DNA of 64,000 nucleotides from Halarcobacter sp. (GTDB lineage Bacteria > Campylobacterota > Campylobacteria > Campylobacterales > Arcobacteraceae), in contig OY781089.1 in NCBI GenBank assembly GCA_963676565.1, positions 2,432,001 to 2,496,000 of the forward strand, in the 5' to 3' direction. The position numbers were made by a program, and so were the translations under genes. Every line of letters begins with the position of its first letter. The stretch's first letter is position 1. This document shows, piece by piece, positions 9,423-20,811 of this stretch. Under the pieces are notes generated by a model. The model was not told where the DNA came from. It saw only the letters and a list, made by a program, of their open reading frames with translations, and ran no database searches.

Positions 9423-10886
9423 TTACTCCTCGAATGTTACAGAAGATTGTACTTCATATCTATTTTTTAAATTTTTAACTAAACTATTCATTAGTTCTTG
9501 GTTATAAAGATTGTTCATTGTAGTCTTAACAGCTTCATCTTTTGAAGCATCATAAGAAGCTAGTTTCGAACTGTTAATTTTATAAACTACAACTTTTTCA
9601 CCAAGTGAAATTGTACCTTGCTTCTGCGTAGTTGAAAATAATTGGTTTAAAAAAGTTAAAGCTTCATCTCTTGCAAGACCATCAATTTTATTAACTGAAT
9701 CCCTTGAAACTAAACCAATATCTTTACCATCAAAATTTTCTAAAGATTTTTTCGCAAGTTCTTCAAGCGCTTTTGCTCTTTGAACAGCTTCAAAATCAAC
9801 AACAACTTTAGCTCTTGCATCTTCAAAAGATAAAGTTTTAGGTGGGATTCTATTTGTGATTTTTACAATGATGTATTTTTCATCAACCAAGAAAGGTTTT
9901 AATAAATCTCCTGGTACAGCATCTAGAATCTCTTTATTATTTTCTTTCCCAAAATTTAAAGCTATTTCGTTAACTGTGTTTTTAGATGTTAAATTAACTT
10001 CACCTTTTTTAATTGCTAAGTATTTTTTTAAAGCTTCTTTTTTTGTTTCTTTCAAATCTAAAGCTTTTACAATATCATTTTTTGCTTCATCTAATGATTT
10101 AATTTTTCCATCTTCTTTTTTCAAATCAATTTTATTCATATTGTAGTATTCAGTAATCTCTTGCTCAGAATAAGAACCAGGGATTAAAGAAACTTCATCA
10201 TAGTCATAAGAGATAGCACTTTGTGATTTATAATTGTCTTTATTTTCTTCCCAATATTTTTTTAATTCATCTTCATTGATTGTTACATTTACATCATTTG
10301 AACTTAAGATTTTAATTGAGATATCATCTTGAGAAAAAAGTAGTTTATTTAAGTTTTCTAATTCTGCTTTATTTGCTTTAACACTAAAGATTTTTTCAAC
10401 TTTTTGTAAAAGTAAATCTCTTTTTACATTTGCTTCAAACTCAGTTGGATTTGTTCTATTTTGATTTAAAACACTAATGTAAACATCTTTATCAAATTTA
10501 CCATCTTTAATAAATGCTGGTATTTTAACTAATTCCTTTGCAACTTCTTCATCCGTTACGTCTAATCCAATCTCATCAGCAAATGAAAGAATAAGATTTT
10601 TTTGAATCACCATATCATAAGCTGCTTGTTTTAATTTTAATTGATCAGCCATCTCTTGGTTAAACTGTTGTCCAAAAACTCTTGCATATTGATCATAAAG
10701 TGATGAATATTCCCTTTGGTATTCACTTACTGTTACTTCTCTATCACCTACAACTGCAACTGACCCACTCTTTGAACCATAGTCATAAGAACCCCATCCT
10801 ACAAAACCGGCTCCAACAAAAGCAATAGTACTTATCCAAATTGTTATCACAAGCCATTTTTTGTGTCTCTGCATCCAAGAAATCAT
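9423..10886 (-). CDS. ppiD: Peptidyl-prolyl isomerase PpiD / SurA N-terminal domain protein
   Basis: MISWMQRHKKWLVITIWISTIAFVGAG membrane anchor; position upstream of ftsA-ftsZ as in Campylobacterota. Confidence 0.85.
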   Translation of the reverse strand: MISWMQRHKKWLVITIWISTIAFVGAGFVGWGSYDYGSKSGSVAVVGDREVTVSEYQREYSSLYDQYARVFGQQFNQEMADQLKLKQAAYDMVIQKNLILSFADEIGLDVTDEEVAKELVKIPAFIKDGKFDKDVYISVLNQNRTNPTEFEANVKRDLLLQKVEKIFSVKANKAELENLNKLLFSQDDISIKILSSNDVNVTINEDELKKYWEENKDNYKSQSAISYDYDEVSLIPGSYSEQEITEYYNMNKIDLKKEDGKIKSLDEAKNDIVKALDLKETKKEALKKYLAIKKGEVNLTSKNTVNEIALNFGKENNKEILDAVPGDLLKPFLVDEKYIIVKITNRIPPKTLSFEDARAKVVVDFEAVQRAKALEELAKKSLENFDGKDIGLVSRDSVNKIDGLARDEALTFLNQLFSTTQKQGTISLGEKVVVYKINSSKLASYDASKDEAVKTTMNNLYNQELMNSLVKNLKNRYEVQSSVTFEE

Positions 10887-10970
10887 AAAATATTATCCTC
10901 TTAAAAATTTTGGATATGATACTCAAAGAATGCTTTTAAATAGGTAAATTAATTATTCTTATGTTTAATT

Positions 10971-13268
10971 TTATTTTGAAAGTAAATCGTTGATTACAGA
11001 TTCTCTTTTTGTAGTTTCAATTCTTTTGCAAGCACTTTTAAAAGCATCCTCTTCACCAACAATAAAACACATCTTTTTTGCCCTAGTAATTGCAGTATAA
11101 AGAAGCTTTGTATTGTGCATAATATAATGGGAAAAGCTCATTGGAATTAAAGCATTTTCATACTCCATTCCTTGGGTTTTATGAATTGTTAAACAATATG
11201 CCAAAGACAAAAGATTAGTTAACTCATCAAAATCATAAAACACTACCATATCATCATTTGGGTATAAAACAATTACATTATTTTCTTCAAAATCAAGTTT
11301 TATAATTAGGCCTAATTGCCCATTAAAAACCCTTTTTTCTAAAAAGTCACTTGAACCTGATTTATACATTTTCATAGTTTGAGCTTTCATATTTTCATTT
11401 TTAATATGAATAACTTTATCGGTCATTCTAAACTCATAAAGTTTAGTTTTATATCCTTTACCTTTAGTATGATTAAACAGCGTTTGCAATTGCATATTTA
11501 GGTTTTCAACCCCTAATATTCCAGCTTTCATAGGAGTGATGACTTGAAATAAAGTCAATGCTTTAGAGATATCTTTTTTCTTTATAAACTCATAAAAACC
11601 TTCAATATAATGACTTGAAATATTTAAAATTGTATTTAAAATATTTTCACTTATATTTGCCCTTACATTTGAAAACTCACTTTGTGTACTTGTATTTTTT
11701 ACTGCATAATAGTTATTTATTGATACATTAACAAATTTAAAATCTTGATAATCTTTTTCATATTCAGGGATATTCCCTTCTCTAATATCATTTGCTATTA
11801 CTGCAATTGCTTGGTCTTGACTTTGTCTATATATTTTTGTAAGTTTACATATTGGCGCAAGTTCATGTTTTATTGCATCACCTAAAATGTTCCCTGCTCC
11901 AATAGCAGGAAGCTGTCCATCATCTCCAACAACTATAAAAATTGTGTCATCTGATATTTTTTTTATAAGATTATAAAACATTACAGAGTTTACCATTGAT
12001 GCTTCATCAAGTAAAATAACTTTATGGGGAAAAAACTCTTTATCTTCATGTTTTACAAAAAGAGATTGGATAGTACTACTATTGTATCCTGTTGTATCAG
12101 AGATTCGCTGTGAAGCAATTCCACTTAAAGCAATGGTTATAATATCATCATATGCAACTATCTCTTCGAGTAATTCTAAAACTGCCCTACTAGAAGTTGA
12201 TTTACCTGTTCCTGCATAACCAATCAAAAATAGTGTTTTATTTCCATTATTGATTATTTCAACTGCTTTTTTTTGCTCACTGCTTAATTCAAACCCTAAT
12301 GTCTTTTGTTTTTTTTCGAGATACTCATCAAAACTTGATATTATTTTTCTATTTAAATCGTTTTTTCTTCTCTCAAAAAAATCTAATATTCTTCTTTCGG
12401 CATTGTAAAGCATTGAAGGGGATAATCTATTTTCATTTGTTTTAAATAATTGTTCTTCAACAAGCATTTTTGTAATAACATTTTCATATAAAATATCTTC
12501 ATTATTAAAATGCAAAGACTCATCTAAAAGTTTATAAAGATGAAATTTGTCTATTGAAGAATTTCCATTATTGTCACAAAACTCTCTTAATGTAAAGTTT
12601 ATACATGCATTTACTCTAAAATCACTTTTAGGATCAATCCCCAAAGACTTTGCTATCTCATCTGCTCTTTTAAAACCAATCCCTTTTATTTGTATTAATA
12701 AATATGGATTTTCTTCTATTTTTTCTATTAGATTATCAACTTCACTAAAATGGGAATAGATTTTATTGATTAGGTTTGAAGTAACCCCAAACTTTGATAA
12801 AAATGTACCAAGTTCCCTAAGGTGTTTAAATTTTTGCCATGAGCTTACTATCTTATCTAGTTTTTTTTCTTTGATACCTTTGAACTTTAAAAGTTCACTT
12901 GGGTTCTCATTTAAAATCTTAACTAACTCATCTTCAGAGTATTTTTCAAGTAATTCATGGGCAAACTTTTTACCAACACCTTTAACAATCTTAGTTAAAA
13001 AGAAAAACATCTCTGCTTCTTTTAATTCTAAAGTTTGAAACTCAAATTGAACACCGTATTTTTTGTGAGTTGTCCAATCCCCTTTTAGTAGGATCTCTTC
13101 CCCTACTAATTTTTCTAAATCAGTATCAAAGTAAGTTCCACAAATTTTTTGATTGTTTTCAAGTACAGCGATTACATATTTGGTTTCTGCATTTTGATAG
13201 AGAACTCTTTTTATTACACCAGATAGATTGAAAAGTTTTTCATTTTCTTGAATATCTTCAGACATCAA
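10971..13268 (-). CDS. recD2: RecD2-like ATP-dependent DNA helicase
   Basis: HhH motifs (VKGVG, IKGIGFKRAD), Walker A GYAGTGKS, DEASM, VGDDGQLP, TIHKTQG, LYTAITRA. Confidence 0.9.
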   Translation of the reverse strand: MMSEDIQENEKLFNLSGVIKRVLYQNAETKYVIAVLENNQKICGTYFDTDLEKLVGEEILLKGDWTTHKKYGVQFEFQTLELKEAEMFFFLTKIVKGVGKKFAHELLEKYSEDELVKILNENPSELLKFKGIKEKKLDKIVSSWQKFKHLRELGTFLSKFGVTSNLINKIYSHFSEVDNLIEKIEENPYLLIQIKGIGFKRADEIAKSLGIDPKSDFRVNACINFTLREFCDNNGNSSIDKFHLYKLLDESLHFNNEDILYENVITKMLVEEQLFKTNENRLSPSMLYNAERRILDFFERRKNDLNRKIISSFDEYLEKKQKTLGFELSSEQKKAVEIINNGNKTLFLIGYAGTGKSTSSRAVLELLEEIVAYDDIITIALSGIASQRISDTTGYNSSTIQSLFVKHEDKEFFPHKVILLDEASMVNSVMFYNLIKKISDDTIFIVVGDDGQLPAIGAGNILGDAIKHELAPICKLTKIYRQSQDQAIAVIANDIREGNIPEYEKDYQDFKFVNVSINNYYAVKNTSTQSEFSNVRANISENILNTILNISSHYIEGFYEFIKKKDISKALTLFQVITPMKAGILGVENLNMQLQTLFNHTKGKGYKTKLYEFRMTDKVIHIKNENMKAQTMKMYKSGSSDFLEKRVFNGQLGLIIKLDFEENNVIVLYPNDDMVVFYDFDELTNLLSLAYCLTIHKTQGMEYENALIPMSFSHYIMHNTKLLYTAITRAKKMCFIVGEEDAFKSACKRIETTKRESVINDLLSK

Positions 13269-13618
13269 TATCCATCATCAAATTTGCTTTTCTTATGTTT
13301 ATCTTTTTTGTAAGAACTTTTATTCTTTTCTTTTTGTAAAAGGTTTGCATCTTTTAAAAGGGTATCCCTTTCATCTTCAAAATTGTCGCTTGAATTTTCT
13401 ATATAACTTAGTGTTTTATTGATAAAAGCTATTAAAGATCTTAAATAATTTGAATCCAAAGGTACTGCTTTAACTCTTTTTAAATCCTCATAGTTTTTTA
13501 ATGTTCTTTCTCTAAAAAGTTCTTTGTCAAAGTTTTCTAGTTTTAGTAAAGAGATAGTTCTAGTAAAAAACTTTTCTAAAACTCTAATGTATCGTATTCT
13601 TAATTGTTTTTCGTGCAT
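13265..13618 (-). CDS. Hypothetical protein
   Basis: 117-aa ORF coupled to recD2 by ATGA overlap. Confidence 0.7.
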   Translation of the reverse strand: MHEKQLRIRYIRVLEKFFTRTISLLKLENFDKELFRERTLKNYEDLKRVKAVPLDSNYLRSLIAFINKTLSYIENSSDNFEDERDTLLKDANLLQKEKNKSSYKKDKHKKSKFDDGY

Positions 13619-13626
13619 ATTAAAAA

Positions 13627-14001
13627 CTACAAACTTGGTAAGATATCATTAAGGCTTTCAAGTCCTAACTCTTCTAAATCCAAATGGATTTGTCCCATTT
13701 TTTTTGATTTTTCATTAATAATTACAGGGGAAAAGATATTCATAGAAGATTCTGAAACTTGAGTTTGCAAAACAAAGATATAAAAAATAGAAATATCTTC
13801 TATAGACTCAATTTCAAGTTTATTTTTAAAATCATCAGGAAGTTCAAAAGCTAAAGATTTCAAAGCTCCAAAACTCATTAATCTAAGAGTTATACCAGTA
13901 TTATTGCCTTTGATTACAGAAAAAAAGTCATCAAGTTTGGTTAACTCAAACTCTGTCTCATCTTTACAACCATCAATTGGAATTACAACTTCATAACTCA
14001 T
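13627..14001 (-). CDS. fliW: Flagellar assembly factor FliW-like
   Basis: N-terminal YEV..PI.G and C-terminal S.MN..SPVIIN...KKMGQI match FliW; divergent from fliK. Confidence 0.65.
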   Translation of the reverse strand: MSYEVVIPIDGCKDETEFELTKLDDFFSVIKGNNTGITLRLMSFGALKSLAFELPDDFKNKLEIESIEDISIFYIFVLQTQVSESSMNIFSPVIINEKSKKMGQIHLDLEELGLESLNDILPSL

Positions 14002-14101
14002 TTACTTCCTTTTTGTGTTGAGAGATTCTACAAAAAATATAATTTGAAGTCAATTAATAATTGATTTATTGTAATAATCATTTAGTTGATTATGGTATAC
14101 T

Positions 14102-15763
14102 TTGAGTATGATAGTTTCAAATAACAATAATCTTTTGAATATTTTACTACCAAATGATAACAAAGTTTTAAAAGAAGCATTAAAAAATGCTGATGCACAA
14201 ACTTTGCAAAAATTTCAAAATGGAACTGCTACAGTTGGTGATATTTTAAAGAATCTCTTTGAAAATCTGAAAACTTCAGATAAGAGTCAGGGAAGTATTG
14301 AAAACTTTTTAAAAAACACAAATGTTTTTAAAATGGAACAAAACTTTTCTAAATCAATAGAACAAGTATTATCTCAATTAAAAGCAACCCCTTCTTTAGA
14401 GAAATTTACAAGTCAAATAGAAACCCTTTTAAAAAATATTACAAATTTAGATGAAAACTCTTTAAAACAAATGATTGATAAATCAGGGGTCTTTTTAGAA
14501 TCAAAGATTGCAAATCAAATCAATGCCCAAGTAAGGAATCCAGCGAATCTACCAAAAAATATAGCTGAATTATTAACACAAATAAAAACCCTTATAAAAG
14601 ATATTCCAAATTTAGAAGCAAAAAATATTACAAATTTAATTGATAAAATATTACAAGCAAATTCAAATCAAACAATGAGTCCTAATAATTTACAAGGTGA
14701 ACTTAAAACTTTAGTTTCTAATTTACAAAATCTATTGTCAAATATCTCTTCAAAGGAGATTACAAGTTTAAGTAATCTTACTCAAAAACTTGAGAATTTG
14801 TCTTCACAAGCTCAACTTGTAGAATCAAAAATTGCAAATTCAAATACTCCTCTTGATACTAATTTACTGAACAATAAAGAGACAATAAACAATAAAACCT
14901 TAGAGACACTATTAACCTTGAAACAAGAGCTAGTAAATATTAAGGGAATAGATACTAAACCATTAAATCAACTAATTGATAAATTGTTAAATTTACAAAA
15001 CCTATTTACAAAAATAAATTTACCTAATCTAAACCAAAGTGGCTTTCAAAGTAATTTTGCTACAAATTTAGATTCTCTTTTAACAAATTTAAAAACATCA
15101 ATACAAAATCTTCCTTCAAGTAATGATAACCTAAACCTTCATCAAAACATAAATAAAACTATTCAAAAACTTGAAACGATTATAAACAATCTAATTCAAA
15201 ACCCAAATAGCTTTTTACCAAAGGAATCAAACCCCATTCAAAATGATATGAAAGCTTTACTTTTACAAGTTCAAGGTGAGTTAATATCAAAGAGTGATCC
15301 TAATTCCCAAGAGACTTTAAAACAGGTTGATAGACTTATTACTCAAATTGAATATCATCAATTACAATCAATCGTTTCTAATTCAAATAATGTATATATA
15401 CCTTTTTTATGGGATATGTTAGATGAAGGCTCAATCTCAATGAAAAAGATTAATGAAGATAAATTCTATTGTGAAATCAATTTGTCATTGAAAGAGTTTG
15501 GGGAAACAAATCTTCTTTTAGCTTTATATGATAAAAACAAATTAGATTTGACTATATTCGCTTCTAAAAATAGTTTTAAAAAAAGTATACAAGAAGCACT
15601 TCCAAAATTAAGAAGTTCATTAAATTCTGTTGACTTAATACCTGTAAATATTAAAATAGTAGATATAAAAAAAGAGGAAACAAAAGAACAAAAACAAATG
15701 AACCAATTCAACCAAAATGATGATTTCATAAATCCTAGTTTTAGTGTTGATATAAGGGTATAA
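14102..15763 (+). CDS. fliK: Flagellar hook-length control protein FliK-like
   Basis: N/Q/L-rich low-complexity body, SGVFLESK, C-terminal YIPFLW...FYCEINLSLKEFG domain; followed by flhB-like gene. Confidence 0.75.
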   Translation: MSMIVSNNNNLLNILLPNDNKVLKEALKNADAQTLQKFQNGTATVGDILKNLFENLKTSDKSQGSIENFLKNTNVFKMEQNFSKSIEQVLSQLKATPSLEKFTSQIETLLKNITNLDENSLKQMIDKSGVFLESKIANQINAQVRNPANLPKNIAELLTQIKTLIKDIPNLEAKNITNLIDKILQANSNQTMSPNNLQGELKTLVSNLQNLLSNISSKEITSLSNLTQKLENLSSQAQLVESKIANSNTPLDTNLLNNKETINNKTLETLLTLKQELVNIKGIDTKPLNQLIDKLLNLQNLFTKINLPNLNQSGFQSNFATNLDSLLTNLKTSIQNLPSSNDNLNLHQNINKTIQKLETIINNLIQNPNSFLPKESNPIQNDMKALLLQVQGELISKSDPNSQETLKQVDRLITQIEYHQLQSIVSNSNNVYIPFLWDMLDEGSISMKKINEDKFYCEINLSLKEFGETNLLLALYDKNKLDLTIFASKNSFKKSIQEALPKLRSSLNSVDLIPVNIKIVDIKKEETKEQKQMNQFNQNDDFINPSFSVDIRV

Positions 15764-15764
15764 G

Positions 15765-16058
15765 ATGGAAAAAAACAATCTTAAAAAAGCTGTTGCCTTA
15801 GGTTATGATATTGATGTTGATAATGCACCAAAAGTATTAGCAAAAGGAACGGGAGAATTAGCAAAAAATATTATAAAAGTTGCCCAAGACAACGAGATAC
15901 CAATAAAAAAAGATGAAGATTTAGTTGAACTTTTATCTGCCCTTGATATAGATAAAGAGATTCCAAATTCTATGTATAAAGCTGTTTCTGAGATTTTTTC
16001 ATTTATTTATGATTTAACAAGCCTTGAACGAAAAAAAAGAGAGTTTGAACAAAGGTAA
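15765..16058 (+). CDS. FlhB C-terminal-like (EscU/YscU family) export switch protein
   Basis: KAVALGY...APKVLAKG.GELA..II..A....IPI. Confidence 0.9.
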   Translation: MEKNNLKKAVALGYDIDVDNAPKVLAKGTGELAKNIIKVAQDNEIPIKKDEDLVELLSALDIDKEIPNSMYKAVSEIFSFIYDLTSLERKKREFEQR

Positions 16059-16120
16059 TATTGATTTAGATATAAGTTCATTTATAATATAATCCTCAAA
16101 AAACAAAGACATATCTGATA

Positions 16121-16561
16121 ATGAGACTCAACAATCTTGATAATCCTTTTTTTATAGTATTACTTGCCATAGCCATAGTAATAGTAAATACTATATCATC
16201 AATAATATTTTTCCCTATATTAACCTTGGGAATTTTATTTATGGCCTTTTTTGTGTGTCTTAAGAAAAGATATTATTATTCATTTACTGTTGTTATTCTT
16301 GCCTTAACTTTTATCGAGTTAAATAATGGATTTAAGCCATTGTCTTTATTTTTACTTGCTACTTTTGTATATGTTTTTCTAGTGCCAAATATTAATAGAG
16401 TCTTCACCTTTAGTAGTTTAAATAGTTATATTTATATGACAGTGTTTTATTTAGGTGTTACCATTGTTTGGTCAATTGACCATCAAATAACACTTTATTT
16501 TGCTGCAATTTTAGTAGTTAATCTTATAATTGATTTTATCTTATTTGGAGTTTTAATTTGA
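16121..16561 (+). CDS. Membrane protein, probable MreD-like
   Basis: About 5 TM helices; overlaps mrdA start by 4 nt. Confidence 0.55.
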   Translation: MRLNNLDNPFFIVLLAIAIVIVNTISSIIFFPILTLGILFMAFFVCLKKRYYYSFTVVILALTFIELNNGFKPLSLFLLATFVYVFLVPNINRVFTFSSLNSYIYMTVFYLGVTIVWSIDHQITLYFAAILVVNLIIDFILFGVLI

Positions 16562-18333
16562 AAAATAGAGTTAATATAGCCTTAATTGTGATTTTTATTG
16601 TATTGTTAACTTTATTATCTAGAGTTTATTTTTTAAGTATTAAATCAAATACATACTATGAAGAACTTTCAAAAAGAAATTATATTAAAAAAGTTTACGA
16701 AGTACCAAATCGAGGTATTATAAAAGATAGAAATGGCGTACCATTAGCTATGAATAAAATTGGGTTTTCAATAAATATAAAGCCTCATTTAAGATCTTAT
16801 AAAAATAAGCATAAGCTAGACCAACTTGTAACTTTGATAAATAAGCACTTACCTCAATATGAAAAAGAGAAACTTTATAAAGAGTATAAAAAGTTAGATT
16901 CAAACTATAAACACGATTTTGTAAAAGTAATTGAGTTTATCCCTTATGATGACTTCTTTGATAAATATACAATTTTTAATTCAAACGATGACATTAAAAT
17001 TAAACCTGAAGTAAAAAGAGTATATCCATATGGTAAAAATGGTTCTCATATAATTGGTTATGTAGGGAAAGCAACGAAAAGAGATATTGAAAATAATGGA
17101 TTTTCAAAATATAGTGGAATCATTGGTAAAAATGGTTTAGAGAAATACTACAATAATAAACTTCAAGGAAAACTTGGTGAAAAAAGTATTAAAGTAAATG
17201 CTTTAAATAAAGAGATTGAAGTTTTAAATGAAATTGAACCCACATCAAATAATGATCTTCACACCTCAATTGATATTGAACTACAAAAATATATTCAAAA
17301 AATTTTTGAAGGTAAAAGTGGCGCAGTTATTGTAATGGACTCAAATAATGGAGAGGTTTTAGCTGCAGGTTCATATCCAGAGTTTGATAATAATATATTT
17401 GTAGATGGAATTTCAGTAAAAGATTGGGAAGATATGAGAAATGACTTTAACCACCCTTTCACAAACAAACTTGTAAATGGTAAATATCCTCCTGGTTCTG
17501 TTATAAAAATGGGAATTGCACTTTCATTTTTAGAAAATGGTTTAAAACCTGATTTTGAAGTTTATGATAATGGTTTTATAAAAATTGGTAGAAGAAACTT
17601 TAGATGTTGGAAAACAACTGGACATGGAAGAGTTGGTTTTACAAAGGCTATTAGAGAAAGTTGTGATGACTTTTTTTATAAGGGTAGTTTAGAAATTGGT
17701 ATAAATAAAATATCAAAAACTTTAGGGAAATATGGAATTGGTCAAGAAACAGGAATAGAACTTACCAACGAATTTTATGCTACTAATCCAAACAAAGAAT
17801 GGAAACAACATAGATTTAAACAACCTTGGTATATAGGTGATACTATTAATGCTTCAATTGGACAAGGATATATGTCTGTAACACCAATGCAGATTGCAAG
17901 ATATACTGCCTTTTTAGCATCGGGGAAGCTTCCAAAACCCCATTTTGCAAAAGATAATTTTGAAGAACCAAAAGAGATTAAGTTTAATCCAGCTCATATG
18001 AAAATTATCAGAAAAGGTATGTATGAAGTAATTAACCATAAAAAAGGTACAGCAACAAATTATATAAAATCTAAAGTAACAATTGCAGGGAAAACGGGTA
18101 CTGCTCAAGTTGTTACAATACCTCAAGAGGAAAAAGTAAGAATGAAAGAGAGTGAACTGGAGTATTATCACAGATCTCATGCATGGCTAACAACCTATGG
18201 ACCATATAAAAATCCACAATATGTAGTAACAGTTTTAGTTGAACATGGTGGGCATGGTGGTAGTGCGGCAGGTAAAGTTGTAAGTCAGATTTATGATAAG
18301 TTACTTGAAATGGGATATATAAAGAATAAATAA
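16558..18333 (+). CDS. mrdA: Penicillin-binding protein 2
   Basis: RGIIKDRNG, YPPGSVIK (SxxK), SCD, KTGTAQ. Confidence 0.93.
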   Translation: MKNRVNIALIVIFIVLLTLLSRVYFLSIKSNTYYEELSKRNYIKKVYEVPNRGIIKDRNGVPLAMNKIGFSINIKPHLRSYKNKHKLDQLVTLINKHLPQYEKEKLYKEYKKLDSNYKHDFVKVIEFIPYDDFFDKYTIFNSNDDIKIKPEVKRVYPYGKNGSHIIGYVGKATKRDIENNGFSKYSGIIGKNGLEKYYNNKLQGKLGEKSIKVNALNKEIEVLNEIEPTSNNDLHTSIDIELQKYIQKIFEGKSGAVIVMDSNNGEVLAAGSYPEFDNNIFVDGISVKDWEDMRNDFNHPFTNKLVNGKYPPGSVIKMGIALSFLENGLKPDFEVYDNGFIKIGRRNFRCWKTTGHGRVGFTKAIRESCDDFFYKGSLEIGINKISKTLGKYGIGQETGIELTNEFYATNPNKEWKQHRFKQPWYIGDTINASIGQGYMSVTPMQIARYTAFLASGKLPKPHFAKDNFEEPKEIKFNPAHMKIIRKGMYEVINHKKGTATNYIKSKVTIAGKTGTAQVVTIPQEEKVRMKESELEYYHRSHAWLTTYGPYKNPQYVVTVLVEHGGHGGSAAGKVVSQIYDKLLEMGYIKNK

Positions 18334-18395
18334 CATATTAATCATATTTTAGCTAACATACACCAATTTTAAGAATTTTATTTTAGGGATTTTGA

Positions 18396-19127
18396 TTGAG
18401 ATTACTTCTAAGTTTATTAATATTTTCAGTGGCACTTTTTGCTGCGGAAGAGCAACTTCCTGTTGTAAATTTATCTGTTGCAGCACTTGAACAACCAGCA
18501 CAATTTGTAAGAACAATCAATATTGCAATAATTCTTGCATTACTTGTTTTAGCACCCTCATTACTACTTATGATCACAAGTTTTACAAGATTATTAATTG
18601 TATTTTCACTGCTTAGACAAGCAATGGGTTTACAGCAAACTCCTCCAAACCAGATTATTGTATCACTTGCACTAATTATGACAATTTTTATTATGGAACC
18701 ATATGCAAAAAGATCTTGGGATGTTGGTGTAAAGCCTTATATGGATGAAGTTATAGGTTATGAACAAGCTTTTGAAGAGGGAGTAAAACCTTTTAAAGAG
18801 TTTATGATTAAAAATACTAGAGAAAAAGATTTAGCCCTATTTTATAGAATAAAAAAAGAAGAAAACCCTAAAAATATCGATGATGTTCCTTTAACTTTGT
18901 TAATGCCTGCGTTTATTGTAAGTGAATTAAAAACTGCCTTTGAGATAGGTTTTTTAATCTTCTTACCCTTTTTAGTAATAGATATTATCGTTGCTTCCAT
19001 ACTTATGTCCCTAGGTATGATGATGTTACCACCTGTAATGATATCCTTGCCTATTAAAATCATCTTTTTTATTGTAATTGATGGTTGGGCATTGATTATA
19101 GGAAACCTTGCTCAGTCCTTTAAGTAA
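18396..19127 (+). CDS. fliP: Flagellar export protein FliP
   Basis: TSFTR...LRQAMGLQQTPPNQ, SELKTAF.IGF, GMMMLPP. Confidence 0.96.
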   Translation: MRLLLSLLIFSVALFAAEEQLPVVNLSVAALEQPAQFVRTINIAIILALLVLAPSLLLMITSFTRLLIVFSLLRQAMGLQQTPPNQIIVSLALIMTIFIMEPYAKRSWDVGVKPYMDEVIGYEQAFEEGVKPFKEFMIKNTREKDLALFYRIKKEENPKNIDDVPLTLLMPAFIVSELKTAFEIGFLIFLPFLVIDIIVASILMSLGMMMLPPVMISLPIKIIFFIVIDGWALIIGNLAQSFK

Positions 19128-19146
19128 TATTTTAGTAAGGTATTAA

Positions 19147-20811
19147 ATGGAAAGAATTGATATTATACCTTGGAATGAGAATTTTTGTACGGGAATTAAT
19201 CAAATAGATGAAGAGCATAAAAAGTTAGTTGAAATAATTAATAGTCTTGCTACAGAATTTGCATATAATACATTTACTCTAAATATCAATACTATATTTA
19301 ATGAACTAATCGATTATACAAAATACCATTTTACGTCTGAAGAGATAATTTGGGATAAACACTTCCAAAATCAAGAAGATAGTAAAAAACATAAAAAAGC
19401 TCACAATAATTTCATTAATGAACTTCACAATTTAATAGAACTACAAAAGAAAAAACCAATTGAAGAAATAGCTGAAATAACACTAGATTTTCTGGTACAA
19501 TGGCTAGTCTCTCATATCCTTGAAACAGATAGATTTATGGCTTATAAAGTTTTAAGTCTAATTGATGGTGATTCAATTGAAGAAGCACACAAAATTGCTA
19601 CACAAAAAATGAGTGGTGAAACAAAAAAACTAACTACACTTATAATGTCTATTTATAAGGTACTATCAAATAATACATTAAAACTTATGAGAGAAAAGGC
19701 AAGACAAGAAAAGGTTCAAAAAGTATTAGAAGAAGAAAAAAATAAATTTGAAGATATATTTAAATATAGTAAAGATGGCATTGCTTTATTAGATTTAGAT
19801 TATAATTTTCTTGACTTTAATGATTCATACCTTAATATGTTAGGCTTTTCAAAAGAAGAATTACTCACCAAAACTAGTATTGAAATAACTGCCCCTAAAG
19901 ATATAAAAAAATCAATTAAAGCAATGGAAGAAGTTCTTGAAAAAGGTTTCATAACCAACTTTGAAAAACAGTTTTGTACAAAGGATGGAACATATATTTA
20001 TGTAAATATCTCTGCTTCATTACAACCAGATAAAAAAACAGTTCTTGTAATTACAAAAGACGTATCATCTTTAAAAATCTTAGAAGAACAATCAAAAATG
20101 GCTGCAATGGGAGAGATGATTGGAAACATCGCCCATCAGTGGAGACAACCACTTTCAGTAATCTCTACAGCTGCAACGGGAATAAAACTTCAAAATAATA
20201 TTGATATTTTAACTAAAGAACAGTTGGACTCAATGTGTGATACCATAAACAACAACGCCCAATACCTTTCAAAAACTATAGATGATTTTAGAAACTTTAT
20301 AAAAGGTGAAAGAGTAATTAAAAAATTCAATCTTTTTGAAACTTTTGAAACTTTTATGGAGCTTATGAAAGGTACCATCAAACAAAACTTCATAAAAGTA
20401 AATATTGATATTCCAAAAAATATTTCTTTAAATGGTTACCCTAATGAATTAATACAATGTTTTATCAATATATTCAACAACTCAAAAGATGCTTTGAAAA
20501 ATAAAGAGGATGAAAGAGTTATAAATATCTTTGCAAAAATAAAAAACAATAACTTAATAATCATTTTTAATGATAATGCAGGGGGAATACCTGAAGAGAT
20601 ACTACCAAAGGTTTTTGAGCCCTATTTTACTACAAAATATAAAGCACAAGGTACAGGCTTAGGATTAAGTATGACATACAATCTAATAACAAATGGTATG
20701 AATGGTTCAATTTCTGTATATAATAAAGACTATCCAAACAACAAAGATTCTTCAAAAGGTGCGGAATTCAAAATTATCTTGCCAATAGATGACAAAATTT
20801 CTATAAAGTAA
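19147..20811 (+). CDS. Bacteriohemerythrin-PAS histidine kinase
   Basis: IDEEHK, HF..EE, H...H, WL..HI...D hemerythrin ligands; PAS; IAHQWRQPL H-box; DNAGG, GTGLGL. Confidence 0.9.
   Translation: MERIDIIPWNENFCTGINQIDEEHKKLVEIINSLATEFAYNTFTLNINTIFNELIDYTKYHFTSEEIIWDKHFQNQEDSKKHKKAHNNFINELHNLIELQKKKPIEEIAEITLDFLVQWLVSHILETDRFMAYKVLSLIDGDSIEEAHKIATQKMSGETKKLTTLIMSIYKVLSNNTLKLMREKARQEKVQKVLEEEKNKFEDIFKYSKDGIALLDLDYNFLDFNDSYLNMLGFSKEELLTKTSIEITAPKDIKKSIKAMEEVLEKGFITNFEKQFCTKDGTYIYVNISASLQPDKKTVLVITKDVSSLKILEEQSKMAAMGEMIGNIAHQWRQPLSVISTAATGIKLQNNIDILTKEQLDSMCDTINNNAQYLSKTIDDFRNFIKGERVIKKFNLFETFETFMELMKGTIKQNFIKVNIDIPKNISLNGYPNELIQCFINIFNNSKDALKNKEDERVINIFAKIKNNNLIIIFNDNAGGIPEEILPKVFEPYFTTKYKAQGTGLGLSMTYNLITNGMNGSISVYNKDYPNNKDSSKGAEFKIILPIDDKISIK

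Noticed and set aside
14102..15763. Apparent internal repeats in the fliK-like gene
   Set aside because: N/Q/L-rich low complexity typical of FliK; no exact DNA tandem repeats or CRISPR-like periodicity seen.
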